From: Escherichia phage vB_Ec-M-J
DNA: 64,000 nt
Sequence record: OQ718158.1
Direction: 5' to 3' (one strand)
Shown: piece after piece, positions 39,024 to 48,220 of the stretch
Layout of the letters: the number at the start of each line of letters is the position of its first letter
Position numbering within the stretch: position 1 is the stretch's first letter
The notes under the pieces: model-generated
What the model saw: the letters and a program-made list of their open reading frames with translations, nothing else
The model's database searches: none
Told to the model about the DNA's origin: nothing
Program-made: the position numbers and the translations under genes

Positions 39024-39203
39024 ATGCAAGAATACTATATAGAACACATAAGCATTAAAGACCGTTTCATGTACGACACCTTCGTGAAGTACTACAACCT
39101 GGCAACTAATAGTACTAAAAATATTAATCTCAATAGCTGCATTCATCACGCACTAACAAAAGATAATCCCTTCAGGGAAATCCTCGCTCTCGCATCTGTA
39201 TAA
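39024..39203 (+). CDS. small protein, EYY-family paralog (59 aa)
   Basis: hand-found ORF below track threshold; N-terminal MQEYYIEHI. Confidence 0.45.
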   Translation: MQEYYIEHISIKDRFMYDTFVKYYNLATNSTKNINLNSCIHHALTKDNPFREILALASV

Positions 39204-39213
39204 AGGAAACCAA

Positions 39214-39873
39214 ATGAAACTTAATGCACACAGCAAACAATACCTTAAGCACTTTAAATACCTCAACAGTATTCAAGCAGAATCAGTTACATCATCTTAT
39301 ACGTATCACCCGAATATACTAAAGAAACGAAATAAAAAGAAAAAATCCAGAAATGTTCTCGTATCTAAGAACCTCAAATCGTACTTGAAGAAAAATAATA
39401 TAGCTCTTGCTTTTATTAATATCTATAATACTGATTTAAAAGTATTGAGTACTAATACCAGCACAAAAGCACTAAAGAATGCATCTATCTATATACACAT
39501 GGATAATATCCCGTGCACTATAATTCTATCTTTCGGGAATGTATACTTCTTCGGGAATTGTAATAGCACCCATGATATCAGTACTGCACAATTCCAAATC
39601 GGCGATATGTACTGCATGGGTTCAGAAAAAATACACGATAACATGCACTTCTTCCAAAAGCAACGTACTAACGAAACTGATACAGTACTGCAATTCCTCA
39701 AAGAATTACCAGGCAAAGAATTAACACCAGAAGAAGAATTCATGTACAGTACTGTAATCGATAATCCAGGACTCTATAAAAACGCGTACAAACTAACAAA
39801 ACATGTACAGGAACTTATCAGTACTGATAAGAAAATTCATCACCTCATTACGTATATTACAAACTATGTATAA
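39214..39873 (+). CDS. hypothetical protein (219 aa) interrupting the small-gene array
   Basis: track ORF; basic N-terminal region; GGAAAC RBS. Confidence 0.55.
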   Translation: MKLNAHSKQYLKHFKYLNSIQAESVTSSYTYHPNILKKRNKKKKSRNVLVSKNLKSYLKKNNIALAFINIYNTDLKVLSTNTSTKALKNASIYIHMDNIPCTIILSFGNVYFFGNCNSTHDISTAQFQIGDMYCMGSEKIHDNMHFFQKQRTNETDTVLQFLKELPGKELTPEEEFMYSTVIDNPGLYKNAYKLTKHVQELISTDKKIHHLITYITNYV

Positions 39874-40048
39874 AGAATACTACAAAGATAAAATCCCAAT
39901 GCATCTACAACACCATATACCAAACGTTGCATTGGGTATCAAAGATCACGCAAAGATAATGTTCCAACAATGTACTAAGTACACGCTCATATACGATGAT
40001 AATCCATATATGCTGTACTACGTAGTAATGCTAACATTCAGGTACTAA
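39866..40048 (+). CDS. small protein, EYY-family paralog
   Basis: track ORF trimmed to MYKEYYKDKIP; C-terminal YYVVMLTFRY. Confidence 0.5.
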   Translation: MYKEYYKDKIPMHLQHHIPNVALGIKDHAKIMFQQCTKYTLIYDDNPYMLYYVVMLTFRY

Positions 40049-40049
40049 T

Positions 40050-40229
40050 ATGCACAAACATAAAGAATTCTACCTCTCGTACCTTAATTCCGATATAGTA
40101 ACATCCAATACCTTCAGTACTAAAATTATCTATAATGAATTAATGAAAGAGTGTATTAAAGGTGCTATTAACCCTAAAGATACGTATGACTTGTACTATG
40201 CAGTACTAACCCTTGTTTTCACGAAATAA
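40050..40229 (+). CDS. small protein, EYY-family paralog (59 aa)
   Basis: hand-found ORF below track threshold; N-terminal MHKHKEFYLSYL. Confidence 0.45.
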   Translation: MHKHKEFYLSYLNSDIVTSNTFSTKIIYNELMKECIKGAINPKDTYDLYYAVLTLVFTK

Positions 40230-40237
40230 CACATAAT

Positions 40238-40429
40238 ATGAATAACCACAAAGAATACTACATAGATAAACTCCCAATGCATCTACAATACCTTGTACCA
40301 ACAGAACCATTGGGTATAGAAAAAGACTACGAAAAAGACTACTTCGTTAAGTGCACTAAATCCTCGATAGATATTGAGGACTATAATCGAGTACTGTATC
40401 ACATCCTTTTACTAATATATAAGTACTAA
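40238..40429 (+). CDS. small protein, EYY-family paralog
   Basis: N-terminal MNNHKEYYIDKLP; C-terminal ILLLIYKY. Confidence 0.55.
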   Translation: MNNHKEYYIDKLPMHLQYLVPTEPLGIEKDYEKDYFVKCTKSSIDIEDYNRVLYHILLLIYKY

Positions 40430-40430
40430 T

Positions 40431-40619
40431 ATGAATAACCACAAAGAATACTACATACAATTTCTCCCCAGTATTTTTGAACACTACGCCAGATATAAAG
40501 TCCCCCTGGATAACGATTTGGCAGTACTGGGATTCAATAACTGCATAGAACGAAGTATAGAAAATAGTAGTAGTTATGACCAATTATATAACACTATCCT
40601 ACTTATATTCAGGTACTAA
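40431..40619 (+). CDS. small protein, EYY-family paralog
   Basis: N-terminal MNNHKEYYIQFLP; C-terminal ILLIFRY. Confidence 0.55.
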   Translation: MNNHKEYYIQFLPSIFEHYARYKVPLDNDLAVLGFNNCIERSIENSSSYDQLYNTILLIFRY

Positions 40620-40620
40620 T

Positions 40621-40812
40621 GTGTATAAAGAATACTACATAAAAGATTTACCACCGCACCTTCAAGGTAATCTGTTAGAAGATGAACCTCGCGGTATCAA
40701 TGCTCAAAACGATAAAGTGTACTTTACTATGTGCACTAAAGCATGTATACTAGATTTTGACAGCTATCATCGAGTACTGTATCATGTACTGTACCTAGCT
40801 TTCGTGTACTAA
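40621..40812 (+). CDS. small protein, EYY-family paralog (probable GTG start)
   Basis: paralog alignment places start at GTG giving (M)YKEYYIKDLP; C-terminal VLYLAFVY. Confidence 0.45.
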   Translation: MYKEYYIKDLPPHLQGNLLEDEPRGINAQNDKVYFTMCTKACILDFDSYHRVLYHVLYLAFVY

Positions 40813-40822
40813 AGAGGCCAAT

Positions 40823-41029
40823 ATGAACGAACAGAAAGAATTTTACACCAAACACCTCAGTGCATCAGAACAAATGTTTCTAAGGAGTGTATCACCTTTA
40901 AGTTTAGATACACCACACGCCAGAGATTGTTTTAATAATTGTATACGTATTACTCTAGAAGCTTTAGAAAATAATAACAAAAATATTCAGTACTCAGGCG
41001 TAATGGGACTAATATTCTTCTATGAATAA
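40823..41029 (+). CDS. small protein, EYY-family paralog
   Basis: N-terminal MNEQKEFYTKHL; C-terminal GLIFFYE. Confidence 0.55.
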   Translation: MNEQKEFYTKHLSASEQMFLRSVSPLSLDTPHARDCFNNCIRITLEALENNNKNIQYSGVMGLIFFYE

Positions 41030-41210
41030 CAAAGAATTCTACATAAACCATCTGGAACTAAACTCCCAAATGCTTATACCACTAAACCCAATAGATATCA
41101 AGGATAAGAAAAATACCCAACAATTCATTTACCATACACAGTGTGCTATCACTCCAGATTATAATACATATAAACTGTACTACATTCTCGCCCTAATATA
41201 CAGGTACTAA
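41022..41210 (+). CDS. small protein, EYY-family paralog
   Basis: N-terminal MNNKEFYINHL; start overlaps upstream stop. Confidence 0.55.
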   Translation: MNNKEFYINHLELNSQMLIPLNPIDIKDKKNTQQFIYHTQCAITPDYNTYKLYYILALIYRY

Positions 41211-41211
41211 T

Positions 41212-41397
41212 ATGCATAGAGAATACTACACACAATTTGTTAAAGGGAACTACAAACACGCCGTCCCCGTAAACCCCTTAAATTCTAATGACCCAAGTAC
41301 TATATTCTTGTTCCATGACGCAATACGTACAGTACTCAATACTAAAGATGAACAGGTGCAGTACGTATTCTTACTATTACTTATATACAGACACTAA
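41212..41397 (+). CDS. small protein, EYY-family paralog
   Basis: N-terminal MHREYYTQF; C-terminal LLLLIYRH. Confidence 0.55.
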   Translation: MHREYYTQFVKGNYKHAVPVNPLNSNDPSTIFLFHDAIRTVLNTKDEQVQYVFLLLLIYRH

Positions 41398-41402
41398 CTA
41401 AT

Positions 41403-41612
41403 ATGAATAAAGAACATAAAGAATACTACTCCAAACACCTCAGCCCCTCAGAACAAATGTTTCTAAGGACTACAGCACCTTTAAGTACTGATACATATTT
41501 CGGCAGATTATGCTACAATAATTGTATTCAAATGACTTTAAACGCAAACGACAATAATAACAGTACTAACCTGTACTCAGGCATCATAGGTATACTATTT
41601 CTATATGAATAA
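41403..41612 (+). CDS. small protein, EYY-family paralog
   Basis: N-terminal MNKEHKEYYSKHL; close paralog of 40823..41029. Confidence 0.55.
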   Translation: MNKEHKEYYSKHLSPSEQMFLRTTAPLSTDTYFGRLCYNNCIQMTLNANDNNNSTNLYSGIIGILFLYE

Positions 41613-41787
41613 AGAACATAAAGACTTCTATATAAGAAAACTAACATTCGTCCCCGTAAAAATATATAAAGAATGCGACCCAAGATTATACCTATGGCAC
41701 TTCAATGAGTGCATAAAAGATTCTATATACCCTAAGAACTACAAAGAACAATTGTGCTCAGTACTAACCCTAGTACTATCATATTAA
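41605..41787 (+). CDS. small protein, EYY-family paralog
   Basis: N-terminal MNKEHKDFYIRKL. Confidence 0.55.
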   Translation: MNKEHKDFYIRKLTFVPVKIYKECDPRLYLWHFNECIKDSIYPKNYKEQLCSVLTLVLSY

Positions 41788-41800
41788 TAGAGATAATACT

Positions 41801-41983
41801 ATGCATAAAGACTTCTATATAAGTAAACTCAAAGAGAATGAACAAGCATGGGTTAACAATTTAATCCCCCTGGCAATGACTCAATACGAATTTAATATGT
41901 GTACAAAGATTGTTTTAACTAGTAATGATATCTCTAATACGTACTACTTCCTATTAAGAGTACTATATGGTACTTTGAAATAA
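41801..41983 (+). CDS. small protein, EYY-family paralog
   Basis: N-terminal MHKDFYISKL. Confidence 0.55.
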   Translation: MHKDFYISKLKENEQAWVNNLIPLAMTQYEFNMCTKIVLTSNDISNTYYFLLRVLYGTLK

Positions 41984-41994
41984 TAAGGTATACT

Positions 41995-42201
41995 ATGCAG
42001 AACATAAAAAACTATAAAGAGTACTATATAAGTAAACTACCACCGACTGACCAAGCATGGATTAGATCTATAATAGTACTGGCATTTAATAGATATGCAT
42101 TTAACAGATGTACCGAGATTGCTATAGACCCTTATAATATTAAAGAGAATGTACAGCATAATCAGTACTACTATATGTTAATGCTTATATATAGGAAGTA
42201 A
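41995..42201 (+). CDS. small protein, EYY-family paralog (last of array)
   Basis: N-terminal KEYYISKLP; C-terminal YYYMLMLIYRK. Confidence 0.55.
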   Translation: MQNIKNYKEYYISKLPPTDQAWIRSIIVLAFNRYAFNRCTEIAIDPYNIKENVQHNQYYYMLMLIYRK

Positions 42202-42547
42202 TTCAACATATAGACAGGGGGAAGCTCCGCAGGGAAAGCATTGGACAGGCTTTAACATATGTTATATATGTTAAAATTCAGCCTGGACAAATGCGATCAC
42301 TAGGATTCTCCCCAGGCTAAACCCCGTAATCATATGTAGTCATAAGTAATCATATATAAACATTTAAGTAATCATTTATAATCACTGTAGTGATCAGTAG
42401 TGAGTACTAGAGTGTAATAGAGTACAGGAATGTGCACGTTTAATCAAGAACGTAGCAGTACTGATATGTCACTAAAGTAGGCAGAGGAAGTCTGCCGTAC
42501 TTTGTAGTTTCCAAGCTCCTTTTCCATTTTGCAAATTACATCAAATG

Positions 42548-42574
42548 TAATCAAAAGTAATCAAAAGTAATCAC
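42548..42574. repeat. short tandem repeat GTAATCAAAA x2.7
   Basis: AATGTAATCAAAAGTAATCAAAAGTAATCA. Confidence 0.6.
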
Positions 42575-43263
42575 GCAATGATTAGTACTGAATTATTACT
42601 TTCACCTTAATTTCAATTACCCCTTTACCCTTCGGGGTAAAATTCCATTACCCCTTGAGGCTCCAGCAAAAAGTTGGTTAGTACTCCATCCTAAATCTCG
42701 ATCCTAAAAATTTTGGAGTACCTATGAAATAAAAGTTGGATCTTCGAAATTTGAAATTTACGTTGGGACGTTTATGATTTGTGGGATATAATGATGTTTG
42801 TAGTCGGGTAGTTTTCAAGAATATCAGCACTGAATAATGAAAGAAAGCTATTGACATTATGATTCAGTACTGTATAATGTTCTACATAGGGTGATGAGTT
42901 GCTGCGAACAATTCATTTACTCTACCTCCTGTCGTGAGACAGTACAGAAAAGATAGTTCCTCCTGTGGTGGTACATCTTTTTGAACCTCATATGAAAATC
43001 GTAATAACAGTACTGATATTAACAGAATGGTGTCAGTACTGATTTTAATCTAAAGCATTATGCCACCAGCACAAGCTGGTGGATTCCCTCTAACAGTATT
43101 CAGTACTACATGATGGTCTTCATCCTCCTAGGGTAACATAGTGAGGGCTATGATGGCAGTACTGAATACTCCCTTTCAAAAGATAGATCTATGGTATAGT
43201 ACTGACGGATTTTGGGCGTAGTTACCCTGGATGGATTTTGGACGTAGATATGTCTAGCCCTCC

Positions 43264-43395
43264 AGAAGTCTGGAAGTAAAGATGGCTATCCATCTAGACG
43301 GCTAAACGGCTAGATTTCTGGATGGCTAGATGGCTAGACGTTTGGACGGCTAAACGGCTAGATGGTTACACGTCTGGAAGTATAGACGGCTAAAT
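43264..43395. repeat. iteron-like direct repeats of (C/T)GGCTA(A/G)A
   Basis: about 9 copies of GGCTAGA/GGCTAAA within 130 bp, plus repeated TCTGGAAGT. Confidence 0.6.
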
Positions 43396-44151
43396 CAAAA
43401 TTTTATTTTGTTTTTCCAATAGTTCCCCTACCGCGTGGGGATAGTTTCCCCGCAGTATCTGGAGTTAGATTTTTCTGAATCTGGAATCATTATCTTATAA
43501 ACTGGGGGCAATGTCAACGACCTGGACGGATATTTTTAAAAATTTTTTCAGTACTGAATTTTGGGCGTAACTATGCACCCGGTGGGCTTGAGTCTTTCTC
43601 GACTTGATGGAACTATTATACAGTACTGAAAAAATAAAGCAATACCCTGGAAGCAAAAAAGTTTTAATTAATTTGCTTGCTATCCTGGGCCGGACTATGG
43701 TACTATATTTCAGTACTGAGAAAGTGCGTTTACCTGCTAGGGTGCGGGAGTGTATCCTTTTTTTATATCTTGAATTTTGGGCGTAATTCCGCACCCTCTG
43801 GGGTTTCCGCTTTCTCGCGTCTATGTAGTAATTATACGCTTTTTCAGGATCAAGTCAATACCTAAAAACAAAATAATTGAAAATAATTTAACGCGTTTAA
43901 ACGGCCCGTAAAGCCCTGGAATGATTGGAATGGTGCAAATGTATAGCTTAGGTGTATTAATGCGTTAGAATGCGTCTGAGGCCGTTTTACGGGGTATAGG
44001 GATGATTTGGTGGATTGATTCAGTACTGAATGATAGTACTACTATATAGAAAGATAGTTCCCCTGGATGGTTGCAGTACTGAATGATAGTACTGAATAAT
44101 AGTTCCCCTATATAGAAAGAAAACTATTTTAAAAGTATTTGTAGAAAGTAC

Positions 44152-44179
44152 TTGCAAACTAAGTTTAACGGCGTATAAT
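44152..44179 (+). promoter_or_regulatory. class-A early promoter
   Basis: AAAGTACTTGCAA-N16-TATAATGTTTTACATC, one of about 30 near-identical copies. Confidence 0.7.
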
Positions 44180-44234
44180 GTTTTACATCGAGAGCGGGAA
44201 CACTTCCCGCTACATATTACGAGAGATTAAAACG

Positions 44235-44597
44235 ATGGCGACTCAAATCACTAAAATTATTGCTAACCTGGTTAACTTTCGCGACGAGATGAAAGATCTT
44301 CCGGCAGAAACGGTAAAAATTCACATTTCAGCTTATCGGGAACTTATTGCAATGTTACCGCTTAAGCGTGAACAATACGCCGCGACCGTGATGCTTGATG
44401 CGATGATCCATAAGATGATCGCCAGTGATTTAACGATGGTTTATCAGTATATGGGCGAAAATTTCGCGGTGTATAGTAAACCAGTACCAGGAATGGAAAG
44501 TACAGAAGTATTACACGGTTTAAATTTAAAACAAGATGCATGGGATAATATGCCTCGTTTCCTGGTATGGGCTGACAGTGGCAAGATTTACGAATAA
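44235..44597 (+). CDS. small early-type ORF (hypothetical)
   Basis: track ORF trimmed to ATG after class-A promoter and GC hairpin. Confidence 0.55.
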   Translation: MATQITKIIANLVNFRDEMKDLPAETVKIHISAYRELIAMLPLKREQYAATVMLDAMIHKMIASDLTMVYQYMGENFAVYSKPVPGMESTEVLHGLNLKQDAWDNMPRFLVWADSGKIYE

Positions 44598-44611
44598 GTT
44601 TTAAAAAGTAC

Positions 44612-44639
44612 TTGCAAACTAAGTTTAAAAGCGTATAAT
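44612..44639 (+). promoter_or_regulatory. class-A early promoter
   Basis: same consensus; hairpin at 44651..44671. Confidence 0.7.
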
Positions 44640-44691
44640 GTTTTACATCAGGTGGGGAATAGTTCCCCACTATAATTAAGAGATTAATTTC

Positions 44692-44925
44692 ATGAGTACT
44701 ATTTTAACTGTTTCTCAATCCGTTGCACTGACTGACCTATTAAACGCTTTAAGCCGTTGCACTGAGGTTGGCTTGTTTGATGTGGTAGACGTTGCACCGG
44801 ACGTTATTAATCATTTTTGTGATGCGATGGAAGAATGTAAGGAAGATGATAGCCGTATGATGGCGGTCGCCTTTGAGGAAGTACAACCAGGTGAGATCAA
44901 AGGTTTACCAGTACTGAAAAAATAG
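44692..44925 (+). CDS. small early-type ORF (hypothetical)
   Basis: behind class-A promoter and hairpin GGTGGGGAATAGTTCCCCACT. Confidence 0.55.
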   Translation: MSTILTVSQSVALTDLLNALSRCTEVGLFDVVDVAPDVINHFCDAMEECKEDDSRMMAVAFEEVQPGEIKGLPVLKK

Positions 44926-44928
44926 TAC

Positions 44929-44956
44929 TTGCAAACTAAGTTTAAAAGCGTATAAT
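44929..44956 (+). promoter_or_regulatory. class-A early promoter
   Basis: same consensus; hairpin at 44968..44988. Confidence 0.7.
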
Positions 44957-45007
44957 ACTTTCTATCAGGTGGGGAATAGTTCCCCACTATATAAGAGGAT
45001 TTAAAAA

Positions 45008-45247
45008 ATGGCTAAATCAAAAATGTTCTTAGGTCACAAAAACAAAACTCATTGGAATGTAAGCCTTTGGATTAATAACGATGAGTCATTGTACCGGTTG
45101 GCCCAGGACTTTATTAACGATAGCACTAATCGCAATGATGCGGCCCGTCATATGATGTTATTTTTAGAACAGACTGGACAAGATAAAACACCGGACGGAT
45201 TCAAATATAGCACTACTGCGATCCGTGCGGCGATGGTTGGAATGTAA
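45008..45247 (+). CDS. small early-type ORF, paralog of 47111..47350
   Basis: shared HKNKTHWNVSLWINN and C-terminal TPDGFKYSTTAIRAAMVGM. Confidence 0.65.
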   Translation: MAKSKMFLGHKNKTHWNVSLWINNDESLYRLAQDFINDSTNRNDAARHMMLFLEQTGQDKTPDGFKYSTTAIRAAMVGM

Positions 45248-45335
45248 TAGAATAGAATTTATTTAAAGTACTATTGCACGGGGATAGTACTTTATAATAG
45301 TGTTTTATTCATACACCAACGATAAGGGCAACAGC

Positions 45336-45602
45336 ATGAATATTAAGTATTTTGCGACGCGTGAACAAGCTCGGATCGCCGCACGGCAGGACGGGGCAAC
45401 GTTTAAAGATATGGGCGTACAATCGGAACGTGGTAAACGTTGGGCCATTGTAAAGCGTAGTACCGCCAGATCATTACAGTACTGGTTAGCGGCCTTAAAA
45501 AGTCCCGATAGTGTATCGCGTCGAGTGGTAGAAATAAAGCTCGACCGAAAGGGCAACCGCGTGACTGTGTACCGTACTAAAAAGATTGCAGTACTTGAAT
45601 AA
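45336..45602 (+). CDS. small early-type ORF, paralog of 57850..58245
   Basis: track ORF trimmed to ATG after AAGGGCAACAGC; shared FATREQARI...RKGNRVTVY. Confidence 0.6.
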   Translation: MNIKYFATREQARIAARQDGATFKDMGVQSERGKRWAIVKRSTARSLQYWLAALKSPDSVSRRVVEIKLDRKGNRVTVYRTKKIAVLE

Positions 45603-45609
45603 AAAGTAC

Positions 45610-45637
45610 TTGCAAACTATGTTTAATGGCGTATAAT
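45610..45637 (+). promoter_or_regulatory. class-A early promoter
   Basis: TTGCAA-N16-TATAAT then GCGGGAACACTTCCCGC hairpin. Confidence 0.7.
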
Positions 45638-45689
45638 GTTTTACATCGAGAGCGGGAACACTTCCCGCCTATAACCTGGAGTAATAAAA

Positions 45690-45920
45690 ATGACTAATAT
45701 GTATATGACTGAAGTTAAAACCGTAAAAGATACTACCACGAATAAAACTACTTACTTACAGCGGATCTGCGGTGTATGGCAACGTATCAGCAAATCAAAG
45801 TACTTTAAATTAACATCATATGCAAACCGTTCGGATTCATTCAGTACTGAAATAAAAGGTAATAAAGTACACCAATACGGCACTTATTATTATTATAGCC
45901 TGGACGCGATTGCAGTCTAA
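45690..45920 (+). CDS. small early-type ORF (hypothetical)
   Basis: behind class-A promoter and hairpin; GGAG RBS. Confidence 0.55.
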   Translation: MTNMYMTEVKTVKDTTTNKTTYLQRICGVWQRISKSKYFKLTSYANRSDSFSTEIKGNKVHQYGTYYYYSLDAIAV

Positions 45921-46201
45921 GCAGTTTACAAATCTTTACAATTGCCGGTATTGACTTATTTTGTCAGTACTGGCATAATGTATTCATTGGCAGATAAGCC
46001 GTAGCCCATAGGGTGCGGGAGTGTATCTATAGAAAAATTAGTTTAGTACAGTTACAATTGTGCACCCGGTGGGTTAGCTGTTGTCATGGGGTATATTATG
46101 CCAGTACTTGATAATGCTGTCAATACTTTTTTAATATTCAGTACTGAAAACTATTTTTAAAAAGTACTTGCAAACTATGTTTAAAGGCGTATAATGTTTT
46201 A

Positions 46202-46276
46202 CATCAGGACGGGGAACGAAATAAGTAACTTCCCGTTAAGTAGCCCAGGAGTAAGGCACACGAAAAACTCCCCTGA
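46202..46276 (+). ncRNA. candidate structured leader or small RNA, copy A
   Basis: ORF-free transcribed segment between two promoters; ATCAGG...CCTGAT closing stem plus inner ACGGG/CCCGT stem. Confidence 0.35.
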
Positions 46277-46327
46277 TAAAATAGTTTGACAATTGTTTTT
46301 AAAAGCGTATAATACTTACATCAACTA

Positions 46328-46453
46328 CTGAATGAGGGTTACAAAATGAAAACTATCACTACTACTACTTTCGTTATGGATTTTTCTGAATTGAATGAGG
46401 GTTGCAAAGCGAAAACTGTCACTAATACTACTTTCGTTATGGATTTTTCTGAA
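46328..46453 (+). repeat. 63-bp tandem duplication spanning the start of gene 46346
   Basis: TGAATGAGGGTT(A/G)CAAA...TTTCGTTATGGATTTTTCTGAAT occurs twice. Confidence 0.7.
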
Positions 46454-47020
46454 TTGAACGCAGAACAAAAAACGTCAGCTATCGAACTGGTTCGGGAACG
46501 TGAAAAAAACTTAAACGATGATTATTTTTCTGAAAGTGAAATTGAATACTATAAAGAAACAGTACTACCGGAATATGGCATTAATGACGCTGAAATACAA
46601 TTCAGTGGTTTTTGGTCCCAGGGTGACGGTGCATCAATCAGTACTGACCACGTTGACGCAGTGAAGTTTTTACGCAAGGTAAGAGCATTAACTAAATATC
46701 GCTCAATCCGTCACTTGCTGAATGAAGATGATTTGGCGATGAGTGTAAAGCGTTCTCACTCCCACTACTCGCATGAGAATACTGTAAGCGGGTACATTGA
46801 ATCGGCTTACACTGATTTAACCGCAAAACAAGAAACGTTAGTTAATGAGCTTGAGGAACTACTCACTGAAACTATTCGTGAATTATCCCGCAAGTTGTAC
46901 CGTGATTTAGAGAATGCATATGAGGATCAATTCACTACTGAAAACATTACGGCACTGATTGAGGGTAACGAATATCAATTCAATGTTATTAATGGCGTAG
47001 TAGAATCAATCGAATATTAA
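46346..47020 (+). CDS. hypothetical protein with 21-aa N-terminal tandem duplication
   Basis: 224-aa track ORF; 63-bp direct duplication spans the start region. Confidence 0.6.
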   Translation: MKTITTTTFVMDFSELNEGCKAKTVTNTTFVMDFSELNAEQKTSAIELVREREKNLNDDYFSESEIEYYKETVLPEYGINDAEIQFSGFWSQGDGASISTDHVDAVKFLRKVRALTKYRSIRHLLNEDDLAMSVKRSHSHYSHENTVSGYIESAYTDLTAKQETLVNELEELLTETIRELSRKLYRDLENAYEDQFTTENITALIEGNEYQFNVINGVVESIEY

Positions 47021-47110
47021 TTTAAAAAGTACTTGCAAACTAAGTTTAAAGGCGTATAATACTTTATATCGAGGCGGGGAGTGGTTCCCCGCTCAAACGA
47101 GGATTAAAAA

Positions 47111-47350
47111 ATGGCTAGTACTAAAACTTACAACGGGCACAAAAACAAAACTCATTGGAATGTTTCCTTATGGATTAATAACGGTGAGTCATTGTATCGG
47201 CTTGCTCAAAGTTGCATCGCACAAAGTAGAACTAAAGATATTGCTGCGGAATGTATGTACCGCAGATTAAAAGCCAACGGTACTACTACAACGCCGGACG
47301 GATTCAAGTATAGCACTACGGCGATCCGTGCTGCAATGGTTGGAATGTAA
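47111..47350 (+). CDS. small early-type ORF, paralog of 45008..45247
   Basis: near-identical N- and C-terminal blocks; own promoter and hairpin. Confidence 0.65.
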   Translation: MASTKTYNGHKNKTHWNVSLWINNGESLYRLAQSCIAQSRTKDIAAECMYRRLKANGTTTTPDGFKYSTTAIRAAMVGM

Positions 47351-47408
47351 TATTCAGTACTGTAACAATGGCGGGGAATGGTTCCCGCCTTTATTGAGGG
47401 TTTATCTA

Positions 47409-47669
47409 ATGAGTAAAGTAATTAGCTATACAGTACTAAGCAAGTCATTATCTATTAGCCAGTGCACCGATGGTTATTGGCTATTTGATGAAACGCGTGG
47501 AATGAATTTAGCTATGCGTGCAAAAACTGCTGAGGCGGCGTATCTTGAGGCACTGGAATACTACCAGGAACGTTTAACGGAAGTAGAAGAAGATTATAAA
47601 AGCCTCAAAGCGAAAGTAGATCATTTCGTCGGTCAATTCATCGAGGAAGACGACGACAAACAATATTGA
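47409..47669 (+). CDS. small early-type ORF (hypothetical)
   Basis: track ORF trimmed to ATG after GAGGG; acidic C-terminus. Confidence 0.5.
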   Translation: MSKVISYTVLSKSLSISQCTDGYWLFDETRGMNLAMRAKTAEAAYLEALEYYQERLTEVEEDYKSLKAKVDHFVGQFIEEDDDKQY

Positions 47670-47755
47670 AAAAGTACTTGCAATTAGTTTTAAGTACTGT
47701 ATAATGGTTTACATCAAAGGGAGAAATGGTTCTCCCTGGTAATGAGGAAAATAAA

Positions 47756-47977
47756 ATGGCTAATATCACTACTCTTTCCCAACTGGAAGCACTGGTTAAA
47801 TCTATGCGGGAACATGCCGACAAAATCGGCGTACAAGATCCAGCCGTTTGCTTCTGCGACGAATTGAATGATGATACCCTGGTAATAGCAGAAGTCCAGG
47901 ACGTTTCTAACTATTCCTCGCGTTACACTGGCGGCGTAGCAAATAAAGGTGACTTCTGTTTATACCTTACAAAATAA
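47756..47977 (+). CDS. small early-type ORF (hypothetical)
   Basis: track ORF trimmed to ATG after promoter and hairpin. Confidence 0.55.
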   Translation: MANITTLSQLEALVKSMREHADKIGVQDPAVCFCDELNDDTLVIAEVQDVSNYSSRYTGGVANKGDFCLYLTK

Positions 47978-48220
47978 CAACGCGGGGAGATAATAACTCC
48001 CCGTTACTTTTTCAGTACTGAATCATTTAATAGACGGATCTCGGCACCCGGTGGGTTAGTGACTGTTTCGTCTTGATGTAGTAATTATGCCAGTACTGGA
48101 TGCACTTGTCAACAATTATTTTTCAAATACTTTTTATTAAAATACTTGCAATTAGTTTTTAAACGCGTATAATGTTTTGCATAGGGGGAGCGGTTCCCCT
48201 GGTAACTAAGGAATAAGAAA

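Noticed and set aside
37215-42201. CRISPR array, considered because of the regular ~190-bp periodicity
   Set aside because: Units are protein-coding paralogs with divergent sequence. There are no short identical direct repeats separated by unique spacers.
42202-44234. tRNA genes in the non-coding block
   Set aside because: No GGTTCGA(A/G)TCC-type T-loop or cloverleaf-compatible segment was recognisable by eye; without a folding tool none could be supported.
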